From Burkholderia sp. (GTDB lineage: Bacteria > Pseudomonadota > Gammaproteobacteria > Burkholderiales > Burkholderiaceae), in assembly GCA_040946865.1 (NCBI GenBank), contig JAYFSB010000001.1, positions 1-60,396 of the forward strand: a DNA stretch of 60,396 nt. Reading direction: 5' to 3'. How positions within the stretch are numbered: position 1 is the first letter of the stretch; every line of letters starts with the position of its first letter. The position numbers were made by a program, and so were the translations under genes. Shown here piece after piece: positions 35,101 through 47,100 of the stretch. The notes below the pieces were generated by a model. That model was not told where the DNA came from, did not search any database, and saw only the letters and a program-made list of their open reading frames with translations.

Positions 35101-38100
35101 GCAAACTTCGGGCGCCTGCCGGCCACGCTGTTTTTCGAATACCAAAGCATTGCTGCGCTGACCGAATATTTCCTCGAGCATCACGCGGCCAGCCTCGCGC
35201 GGCTGGGTGCTGCGCCGGCTGTCGCTCAGTCGGCGACGGGGGCAGTTGTCGCGGCCATCTCGGCAGCCGAACCGTCGATCGACACGCCGGCCATGCGCCG
35301 TCGCCGTCATCGACGCGGCTTGCCTTATCCGGCGGCCACCGGCGTGCCGGCTTCGACAGCCGGCGGCCCGCTCGATATCGCCATCGTGGGCCTGAGCGGA
35401 CGTTATCCGCAGGCACGCAGCGTGGCTGATTACTGGGCCAACCTGCTGCAGGGCGTCGATTGCGTCACCGAGATTCCCGCCGAGCGCTGGGACTGGCACC
35501 AGCACTTCGACGCACGCAAGGGCCAGGACGGCAAGAGCTACAGCAAGTGGGGCGGTTTCATCGACGGCATGGACGCCTTCGACCCGATGTTCTTCGGCAT
35601 CGCGCCGCGCGAGGCGCAGCTGATGGATCCGCAGGAGCGGCTGTTTCTGCAATGCGCCTATCACGCGATCGAGGATGCCGGTTATACGCGAGCGGGCCTG
35701 GCTGCTTCGGCAACGGCGGGCGAGCGTCATGGCCGGGTCGGCGTGTTCGTTGGCGTGATGTACGAGGAGTATCAGCTTTACGGTGCCCAGGCGCAGGCAC
35801 AAGGGCAGGCGCTGAGCCTGTTCGGCAGCGCCTCGTCGATCGCCAACCGAGTATCCTATCACTGCGATTTCCATGGCCCAAGCATTGCCGTGGATACGAT
35901 GTGCTCGTCGTCGCTCACGGCGATTCACCTGGCTTGCCAGAGCCTGCGCCAAGGCGGCTGTTCGGTGGCGATTGCCGGTGGCGTAAACGTCAGCGTGCAT
36001 CCGAACAAGTACCTAATGCTCTCGGATCGGCAGTTCATGGCCAGCAATGGCCGCTGCATGAGCTTCGGTGAGGGCGGTGATGGGTATGTTCCCGCCGAGG
36101 GCGTGGGCGCGGTTGTGCTCAAGCCGCTCGAAAAGGCGCTGGTCGATGGCGATCACATCTATGGCGTGATCAAGGGCAGCGCGCTCAACCATGGCGGCAA
36201 GACCAACGGCTACACGGTGCCCAATCCCGTTGCGCAAGGACAAGTGATCAGTCAGGCATTGGCGGAATCGGACGTGCCGGCACGAGCCATCAGCTATGTC
36301 GAGGCACATGGCACGGGCACCTCGCTGGGCGATCCGATCGAGATCGCGGGCTTGAGCCAGGCATACGGCATGAGCACGCAGGACAAGGTGTATTGCGCGC
36401 TCGGTTCGGCTAAGTCGAATATCGGCCACGCGGAAAGCGCGGCCGGGATGGCTGGCCTGACCAAGGTGCTGCTGCAGATGCAGCATGGGCAGTTGGTCAA
36501 GAGCCTGCATAGCGACACCCTGAACCCGCATATCGATTTCAGTCAGACGCCGTTCGTGGTGCAGCGCGAGCTGGGTCCCTGGACGCGGCCAGTGCTGGAA
36601 CTCGATGGCGGCGATAAGCGGGAATATCCGCGCATCGCGGGGCTGTCCTCGTTCGGTGCAGGTGGTGCCAATGCGCATCTGGTGATTTCCGAAGCGCCGT
36701 CTTCCACGCAGGCATCCACCTCGCAGGCAACCTCGGTGGTCGTCGTGCTCTCTGCCCGCAACGAGAACGCCTTGCGGCTCCATGTCGAGCAGTTGTTGGA
36801 GCACGTGCAATCGCATGCGCCGGACCTCGCCAACCTGGCCTACACGCTGCAGATCGGCCGCGAGGCGATGGAGCATCGGCTGGCGATCGTGGCCGACTCG
36901 GTAGAGCAGCTGTGCGCGCGCCTGAGCGCTTATCTGCAAGGCGATGCGCTGGCCGAGGCGGTGTATCGCGGCGAGCCACGCCGCAGCCAGGAAGCCATGG
37001 CGGTGTTCGGCGGCGACGAGGAATTGCAGGAAGCGGTGGCGAAGTGGATCACGCGCGGCAAGCTGGAAAAGCTGGCCGAGCTGTGGGTGCAAGGCCTGTC
37101 GATCCGCTGGGAACAGTTGTACGGCCAGGCGCTGCCGCACCGCATTAGCCTGCCGACCTATCCCTTCGCTCAGGAGCGCTACTGGATCGATGTCGGTCAG
37201 GCTGCAGCCCGCGTGGCAGGCTCGGACATCCTGCATCCACTGCTGCACGTGAACAGCTCGGACCTGCAAGGCCAGCGCTACACCACCACGCTGGATGCCG
37301 AGATGAGCTTGCTGCGCGAGCACCGCCTGCATGGCCGGGCCACGCTACCGGCCCTGGCCCAGCTGGAATGGGCCAGGGCCGCCCTGGCACATGCACTGGG
37401 CGGTGCCACCGGCTTGTGCCTGGAGGACGTGCAGTGGCTGAAGCCCCTGCACGTCGACGCGCCCACGACGCTGCATATCGCCCTGGACTGGGAGGACGAG
37501 ACGCGCGTTAGCTACGAGCTCTACCGCGAGGACGATGACGTTCGCCAGGTTCACGTCCAGGGCTGGGCCGAACTCATTGACGGATCGCAGGCACCTCGGC
37601 TGGACCTGCCTGCCTTGCAGGCGCGGTGCACGCAGCTGCTTGGCGGTAGCGAAGCCTATTCCCGCCTCGCCGCTGCCGGCTGGTCATATGCCGACGGCTT
37701 CCAGGCGCTGAGCAGCCTGCAGTCGGGCGAATGCCTGGCGATCGCTTACTGGCGGCAGACGGCCAACGCGTCCTGGCAGGACTACGCGCTCGCGCCGAAT
37801 CTGCTCGACATCGCCTTGCAGGCTTGCCGCCTGGCTTGGCCGGAGCAGGACTGGAACTGGCCGGCTGCCGCGCGGCAGATGCGGATTGTTGGCAGCCTGC
37901 CGACGCAGGGCGTGGTGCTCGTGCGGCAGCATCCGGGTCAGCTCGAAGTCGACATCGATTTCGCCGACAGCGAGGGCCGCGTTCTCGCGAGTCTGCAAGG
38001 CCTGGAGCCGCATCAACAGTCCACGCAACAGGCTCCGGCCGCGCAGACCTTGCTGCTGGTGCCGCGCTGGACGGTACAGGCCGCTTCTGTCACGAGCGAA

Positions 38101-41100
38101 CGCACGAGCTACGCCGCCCATTGGGTGGTGCTGTGCGAGCTGGACGCGCCGGTCTCCCTGGAAGCCGAGCTGGCACCGGCGCGCTGCCTGCGCTGGCAGG
38201 CCAGCGGCAATCCGGCTGAGCGCTATGGCGTGTATGCTGGGCAGGCGTTGGTCTGGCTGCAGCAGCACATCGTCGCCGGTGGTCCCGGCGGCCAGGTGCT
38301 GCTGCAACTAGTGCTACCGGCCCGGGGCGAAGCGGCCCTGATGCAGGGCCTCGGTGGCATGCTGCGCAGCGCCCGCCTCGAGTACCCCTGGCTGTTGATC
38401 CAGGTGATCGCCGTCGACAGCGCGCAAGCGCTTGCCGGCCGTTTGATCGCTGAAGCCGCCGCGCCGGCCCCGGCGCTGCGTTATGGCGCGGCGGGACGCG
38501 AGGTACTCGACTTCGCCCCGCTGGCTGCCGCTGACGCTGCGGTGCAGACGCAACTGGCATGGCGCGACGAGGGCGTATACTGGATCACTGGTGGCCTGGG
38601 CGGCCTTGGCCGACTGTTCGCGGCGGCGATTGCCGCCGAGGTCTGCAACCCGGTGCTGGTACTGAGCGCGCGTCGCGCTCCCGACCCGGTGCAGGCTGCC
38701 TTCATCGAACGCTTGCGCGAGCAGGGCGCGTATGTCGAATTCCGCGCCATGGATACCGGCGAAGCCGCGGCTGTCGAGGCAGTGGCCCAGGCTATCGTCG
38801 CCGAATATGGCCGCCTGAACGGCATCATCCACAGCGCCGGCCTGCTGCGCGACAGCCTGCTGACCAACAAGCGCGAGGCCGACCTGCGGCAGGTGCTGAA
38901 CGCCAAGGTGAGCGGCCTGCTCGCGCTGGACCTGGCGACCCGCGACATGTCGCTGGACTGGTTCCTGTTGTGTTCCTCGGTGAGCAGCGTGCTGGGCAAC
39001 GCGGGGCAGACCGACTATGCCGCGGCCAACGGCTTCATGGACGTCTACGCGGCATATCGCCAGGACCTGGTGGCGCAAGGCCTGCGCCAGGGCCGCAGCG
39101 TGTCGCTGAGCTGGCCGCTGTGGGCCGAAGGCGGCATGCATATCGACGCGGCAGCGCAGGCGCAGATGCGCCGTACCACCGGCATGCAGGTCCTGCCCAG
39201 CGCGGCCGGGCTAGCTGCGCTGCACCAGGCACTGGCTGCGTCCGTGTCTCACGTGCTGGTGCTGCACGGCGAGCCGCAACGCCTGCACGATTACGTCCGC
39301 GCCACGCATCGCGTTCCGGAGCTAGCCGAGCCAGCCCCCACGATGCCCGCTGGGCGCGGCTATCGACGCGAACTGAAGGGCCTGGACCTGGCCGACTGCG
39401 TGAGCTGGGACCTGGTCGAGCATACGCACGAGCTGCTGCGCGTGCCTCGCGATGCCGTGGACACGCAGGCCAACCTGATCGACTACGGCTACGACTCGGT
39501 ATCCCTGACCGCCTTCGCGGCGCGTCTCAGCGAGCATTACGGCATCGCGCTGACGCCGTCGCTGTTCTTCAGTCATCCGACACTGGAGCAGTTCGCCTCC
39601 TATCTGATGGCTAGCCATGGCGAAGCGCTGGCCGCATTTTATCTCACAGAGCCTGAACCCGATCGTGCGGAAGCGGCGGTTGCCGCACTCGCCGCGGCCG
39701 GCATGCCCGCTGCGGCGTCCGTGCCGGTCCGCCCCTCAGCTCAACGTCGCCGCCACGCCCTGCTGGCCAGCGCAGCAGCCACCACCATCGAGCCGATCGC
39801 GATCATCGGCATCAGCGGCCGCTTCCCGGGTGCGCGTTCGGTGGAAGAGCTGTGGGCGATCCTGCGCGACGGCCGCGAAGTGCTACAGTCCGCCGGCACC
39901 GAGCGTTTCGCGGCCTGGCCGCCTGAGCAACAGCCGGCTTGCGACCGCATCGGCCTGCTGCCCGGCGTGGCCGAATTCGATCCGCTATTCTTCGAGATCT
40001 CACCGCGCGAGGCGGAAGCCATGGACCCGCGCCAGCGCCTGCTGCTGCAGGAGGCCTGGCGCGCGCTGGAGGATGCTGGTTACGGCGGCAGCCAGTTGCA
40101 GCGTCATGCCGTCGGCATGTTCGTCGGCGTGGAGCAGGGCGACTACCAGCTGATCGGCAAGGCCGACGCCGACGTCACCTCGAATCACGATGGCGTGCTG
40201 GCCACACGCCTGGCCTACTCGCTGAACCTGCACGGCCCGGTCATGGCGATCAACACGGCCTGCTCGTCCGGCCTGGTGGCCGCGCACCAGGCCTGCCTGA
40301 GTTTGCGCGCCGGCGAATGCGACACGGCGATCGCCGCCGGCGTGAACCTGCTGCTGACGCCGACCATCGTGCGTTCGATGGAGCAGGCCGGCATGCTATC
40401 GCCGGAAGGGCGCTGCCATGCGTTCGACCGCCGCGCCAACGGTATGGTGCCGGGCGAGGCGGTGGTAGCCCTGGTGCTCAAGCGGCTCTCGCAGGCCGAG
40501 GCGGATGGCGACCCGATCCACGCGGTGATCGTCGGCAGTGGCATCAATTACGACGGCAAGACCAACGGCATCACCGCGCCCAGCGGTGCCGCGCAGACCC
40601 GGCTGCTGCAGTCGGTGTACGCGCGCCATCGCATCGATTCCACCGAAATCGACTACATCGTCACCCACGGCACCGGCACGCCGCTGGGCGATCCAGTGGA
40701 AATCAACGCACTGGCCGATGCCTTCGCGCCGCATGCGCGCTCGCCGCAATCCTGCGCACTGACCTCAAGCAAGAGCAACCTGGGTCATACCCAAGCGGCG
40801 TCCGGGCTGGTCAGCCTGGTGGGCCTGGTGCAGGCGATGCGTCATGAGACGATTCCGGCCAGCCTGCATTGCGAGCAGCTCAGCGACCACATTTCTTGGC
40901 AGCAGAGCCCGTTCTACGTCAACACCGCCGCGCGGCCCTGGCCGGCGGTGGCCGGCCGCGAGCGGCTAGGTGCCGTGAGTGCGTTCGGTATCAGCGGCAC
41001 CAATGCGCACATGGTGCTGCGCAGCCACGCCGTGCCGGCTGTCGCTGGGCGGCGCGTGGCGGTGCGGCCATTGCTGCTGGCGGTCTCGGCCAAGACTACC

Positions 41101-44100
41101 GAGGCCTTGCAGCAGCGCGTGCAGGACCTGGTTGAGCTGCTGCAGGGGCGGGACCACGATGCTGCCGAGCTGACCGCGATCAGCCATACCCTGCTCAGCG
41201 GACGCCAGCACTTTGCGCACCGCTGCGCCGTAGTGGTCCAGGATCGCGACGATGCAGTCTATGCCCTGCAGCAGGCTCTCTCGCGGGAAATCCGCTCCAA
41301 CCTGTTCCGCGGCGTGGTGGGTCGCGAATTCGTCGCGCAGAAGGCCTTGCTCGACTACGGCGAGGAACTAATCGGCCGGACTGCGGCCTTGCAGCAGGCT
41401 GAGGTGCCGAGCCAGGCGAGCCGGGAGGCGCTGCTTGCACTGGCCGACATGTATTGTCAGGGTTATGCGCTGAGCTGGCATGGGCTGTTCGGCCAGACGC
41501 CGCCAAACCGGGTTCATCTGCCGACCTATCCCTTCGCGCGGGAAACCTATTGGGTGACGCCGGCTGGCCATGCTGAGGCAGTGACGACGGCGCAGCTGCA
41601 TCCGCTCGTGGATCGCAATACCTCCGACCTGAACGAGCAGCGCTACAGCAGCCTTCTTTCCGGCGACGCCTTCTTCCTACGCGACCACGTGGTGCAGGGG
41701 TGCCGCGTGCTGCCGGGCGTGGCGCAGCTGGAATGGGCGCGTGCCGCAGCAGCCTTGACGCTGGGCGGCGAGCCGTCGATTCGGCTGAGTCAGGTCGACT
41801 GGCTGCAGCCGCTGGTGGTGGAGCAGGCGGCGGAATTCCATATCGCCCTGGCACCGCAGGATGACGGGCGTCTGGCCTTCGAGATCTACGGCGGCGCGGG
41901 CAAGGATGGCCAGGTTCATGGCCAGGGTTGGGCCGAAGCGGTGAGCCTGGCGCAGGTGCCCCGCGTCGATCTGGAAGGCTTGCGGGCGCGCTGCACCCGG
42001 AGTCTGACTGGCGAGCAGTGCTACGTGCGCTTCGTCGAGATGGGGCTAAACTACGGTCCGAGCTTCCAGTCGCTGGCCGGTTTACGGATGGGCGAGGGCA
42101 TCGCCATCGGCGAGCTTCGGTGGCCGGCAGGCGTGGACCAGGCGGCCTATCTGTTGCCGCCGAGCCTGCTGGATGGCGCGCTGCAAAGCTGTATCGGCCT
42201 GTATGCCGAGTCCACCGGGTTGATCCTGCCGTTTGCGGTCGAAACCGTCGAGCAATGGGGACCGGTGCCAGCGACGGCCTATGCCGTGGTACAGCCCGGC
42301 ACTGACGACAGCGAGGCGGTGCGCAAGCTCGATATCCGCATCGTCGACGAGAAAGGGCAGGTGGCGGTATGCCTGAGCGGCCTGAATCTGCGTGCTGTTG
42401 CGCCAGCATCGCCGGCCGCCGAAACGCTGATGCTGGCACCGCAATGGCGCGCGCAGCCGGCACCGGTGACGAATGTGGTGCCGGCCCGTGCCGCGCATCG
42501 CGTGATCTTCTGCGAGGTGGTGCCGGTCGATCTGCGCGAGGCCTTGCCCGCCGCGTCTAGCGTTCACTGGACGGCTGAAGGCAGCCTCGATACGCGCTAT
42601 ACGCGCCATGCCGAACAACTCTGCGCCGAACTTCAGGCGCTGGCCGCGAGCCAGCCCAAGGGCCCGCTGTGGCTGCAACTGGTGGTGCCGGCGCAAGGCG
42701 AGGACGCGGTACTGCAAGGGCTAGATGGCCTGCTGCGCACGGCTCGGCAGGAATACCCCTGGTTGGTCGCCCAGACCATCGCCGTGATGAATACCCGAGA
42801 CCTGGCGGCGCGGCTGGCTGCAGAAGCCGGTTCGCCGGCACCGCGGCTGCGTCATGGCGAGGCGGGCCGCGAGATTCTCAACTACGCGGAAGTTTCCGGA
42901 TCTAGCCACGCCCGGCCCTGGCGCGATCGAGGGGTTTACTGGATCACCGGCGGCCTGGGCGGCCTGGGCCGCCTGTTCGCCGCGCACATCGCGCGTCAGG
43001 TAAAGGCGCCGGTGCTGGTGTTGAGCGGCCGGCGTGAGCCGGGCGCGGCCGGGCAAGCGCAATTGCAGGGGTTGCGGGCGCTGGGTGCGAGCGTGGAATA
43101 TCATGCGCTCGATATCGCCGACGCGGCCGCGACATCGGCACTGGCGCAGGATATCGTCGTGCGTCATGGCCGCCTGAACGGCGTGATCCACGGCGCGGGC
43201 CTGTTGCGCGACGGCCTGCTGCACACCAAGACCAGCGACGAGCTGCGACAGGTGCTGGCACCCAAGGTGGCCGGCACGGTGTCGCTGGACCAGGCCACCG
43301 CGAACCTCGAACTGGACTGGCTGCTGCTGTGCGCATCGGCGGCCGGCGTGCTGGGCAATGTCGGGCAGAGCGATTACGCCGCCGCCAATGCCTATCTCGG
43401 TGCCTATGCGGTCCATCGCGACGAGCTCATGGCGCAGGGGTGCCGTCATGGACGCGCGATCTCGGTGAGCTGGCCGCTGTGGGTCGAGGGTGGCATGCAG
43501 GTCGATACGCAGACGCATGCGCATCTGCAACGCGGTACCGGCATGCAGGCGCTGCCGAGCGAGGCCGGGCTGGCCGCCGTCGATCAGGCCCTGAGCCAGG
43601 GAGACGTCGCTCAGGTGCTGGTGCTGCATGGCGAGCGGGCGCGGTTGCTGGCTTATGTGCATGAGGTTCACGCGGCACCCGTGCTGGAAGCAGAGGCGGA
43701 AGCGGCGGCACCTGTTGCGCCGGAATCTGGGGTAGTCTTGCGCGCATCGGCGCAGCGCTTCCTCACGCGCCTGCTCTCGCAGAGCCTGAAGCTGTCGCCG
43801 CAGCGCATTGATGCGCAGGTGCCACTGGAGCAATACGGCATCAATTCGATCCTGGTGGTCAGCCTGACTCGCGACCTCGAAGCGAGCTTCGGGCGCCTAC
43901 CGGCCACGCTGTTCTTCGAATACCAGAGCATCGCCGCGCTGACCGAGTACTTTCTCGAGCACCACGCGGCGGCACTGCACGCCTTGCTGGGACGGCCACA
44001 GGCCGAGGCTGGTGCCGTCTCGCCGCTGCCCATTCCGGCCACGTCTCCCACGCCGGTTCAAACCGCGCGCTCATCGCCGGCGCGCCGCTTCTCGCGCCGG

Positions 44101-47100
44101 AATGGGCTGACCTCGATCACGCTGCGCGATGCGCGGCCCGCATCGCTCGATATCGCCATCGTGGGCCTGAGCGGACGTTATCCGCAGGCACGCAGCGTGG
44201 CCGACTACTGGGCCAACCTGCTGCAGGGCGTTGATTGCGTCACCGAGATCCCCACCGAGCGCTGGGACTGGCGCAGTCAGTACGATCCGGCCAAGGGCAA
44301 GCTGGGTAAGATCTACAGCCGCTGGGGCGGATTCATCGACGAGGTGGATGCCTTCGATCCGCTGTTCTTCAATATCTCGCCGCGCGAAGCCGAATTGATG
44401 GATCCGCAGGAGCGGCTGTTTCTGCAATGCGCCTATCACGCGATCGAGGATGCCGGTTATACGCGAGCGGGCCTGGCTGCTTCGGCAACGGCGGGCGAGC
44501 GTCATGGCCGGGTCGGCGTGTTCGTTGGCGTGATGTACGAGGAGTATCAGCTTTACGGTGCCCAGGCGCAGGCACAAGGGCAGGCGCTGAGCCTGTTCGG
44601 CAGCGCCTCGTCGATCGCCAACCGAGTATCCTATCACTGCGATTTCCATGGCCCAAGCATTGCCGTGGATACGATGTGCTCGTCGTCGCTCACGGCGATT
44701 CACCTGGCTTGCCAGAGCCTGCGCCAAGGCGGCTGTTCGGTGGCGATTGCCGGTGGCGTAAACGTCAGCGTGCATCCGAACAAGTACCTAATGCTCTCGG
44801 ATCGGCAGTTCATGGCCAGCAATGGCCGCTGCATGAGCTTCGGTGAGGGCGGTGATGGGTATGTTCCCGCCGAGGGCGTGGGCGCGGTTGTGCTCAAGCC
44901 GCTCGAAAAGGCGCTGGTCGATGGCGATCACATCTATGGCGTGATCAAGGGCAGCGCGCTCAACCATGGCGGCAAGACCAACGGCTACACGGTGCCCAAT
45001 CCCGTTGCGCAAGGACAAGTGATCAGTCAGGCATTGGCGGAATCGGACGTGCCGGCACGAGCCATCAGCTATGTCGAGGCACATGGCACGGGCACCTCGC
45101 TGGGCGATCCGATCGAGATCGCGGGCTTGAGCCAGGCATACGGCATGAGCACGCAGGACAAGGTGTATTGCGCGCTCGGTTCGGCTAAGTCGAATATCGG
45201 CCACGCGGAAAGCGCGGCCGGGATGGCTGGCCTGACCAAGGTGCTGCTGCAGATGCAGCATGGGCAGTTGGTCAAGAGCCTGCATAGCGACACCCTGAAC
45301 CCGCATATCGATTTCAGTCAGACGCCGTTCGTGGTGCAGCGCGAGCTGGGTCCCTGGACGCGGCCAGTGCTGGAACTCGATGGCGGCGATAAGCGGGAAT
45401 ATCCGCGCATCGCGGGGCTGTCCTCGTTCGGTGCAGGTGGTGCCAATGCGCATCTGGTGATTTCCGAAGCGCCGTCTTCCACGCAGGCATCCACCTCGCA
45501 GGCAACCTCGGTGGTCGTCGTGCTCTCTGCCCGCAACGAGAACGCCTTGCGGCTCCATGTCGAGCAGTTGTTGGAGCACGTGCAATCGCATGCGCCGGAC
45601 CTCGCCAACCTGGCCTACACGCTGCAGATCGGCCGCGAGGCGATGGAGCATCGGCTGGCGATCGTGGCCGACTCGGTAGAGCAGCTGTGCGCGCGCCTGA
45701 GCGCTTATCTGCAAGGCGATGCGCTGGCCGAGGCGGTGTATCGCGGCGAGCCACGCCGCAGCCAGGAAGCCATGGCGGTGTTCGGCGGCGACGAGGAATT
45801 GCAGGAAGCGGTGGCGAAGTGGATCACGCGCGGCAAGCTGGAAAAGCTGGCCGAGCTGTGGGTGCAAGGCCTGTCGATCCGCTGGGAACAGTTGTATGGC
45901 CAGGCGCTGCCGCACCGCATCAGCCTGCCGACCTATCCCTTCGCGCGCGATCGCTACTGGGTGCCGAAGAACCTGCTGTCGATCGACGTATCCTCGGCAC
46001 CGGCCGCTGTGCTGCACCCGCTGGTCCATCGCAACACCTCGCACCTGGGCGGTCAGCGCTTCAGCACGTGGCTCGACCCGCAATTCTGGCTGCTGCGCGA
46101 GCACCAGGTGCAGGGACGCGGGCTGCTGCCCGGCGCGGCCCAGCTGGAATGGGCGCGCGCGGCGCTGAGCCTCGCGCTGGAAGGTGCCGAGGTGCGTCTG
46201 CTGCAGGTCAACTGGCTGCGGCCCCTGTTGGTGGAAGACACCGCCGAGCTGCATATCGTCTTGCGCCTGGAAGACGACGGCCGCATCGGTTACCGGATCT
46301 ACCGTGAGCAGGATGGCGACACGCTTGTCTATAGCCACGGCTGGGCCGAGTCGCTGGGCGAACAGGTGCCGGCACCGACGCTGGACCTGGCAGGGCTGCT
46401 CGCGAGCTGCACGCGGCACTGGTCGCGCGCGGAGGGCTACGCGCGCTTCCAGGCCATGGGGCTGCACTATGGCGAGAACTTTCAGGTGCTAGAGTCCTGG
46501 CAGATCGGCGACGCCGTGGTGGTGGCCGAGTTGCGCGCGCCCGACGCCGCGCGACTGGTCGGCTACGGCCTGCCGCCTAATCTGCTCGACGGTGCCTTGC
46601 AGGCCAGCCTCGGCCTGGCCGGCGAGCAGGCCCTGAGCCTGCCGTTCGCGGTCGAGCTGGTCGAACAATGGGCCCCCGTGCCCAGCCCGGCCTATGTCGT
46701 CGCGCGTTGCGCGGCCGGCGACAGTGCCGCTGTGCCCAAGCTCGATATCGACATCGTCGATGCGCAAGGGTGGGTTGCCGTGCGGCTTGGCCAATTCAGT
46801 CGTCGCCCGGTGGAGGTCCGGGCCGGAACCGAATCGATGTCACCGGCCGCGGCAACCGATGCGGGCCAGGAATGGACCCTCGCCCCGGCATGGGACATCG
46901 CGGATATCGACGCGAGGCAGAAAGTCTTGCCGGTGCAAGGCACGCTGGTGCTTGGCGAGGCCGACTGGATCGGCGCGACCGGCATACGCCGTCTGGACTG
47001 GGTACCCGATGACAGCCGCGAATACCTGATCGAGCGTCTCGGCGAGCAAGGTGAGCTGCAGCAGCTGATCTGGGTCGTGCCAGGTGCCGAGCCGCGTGCG

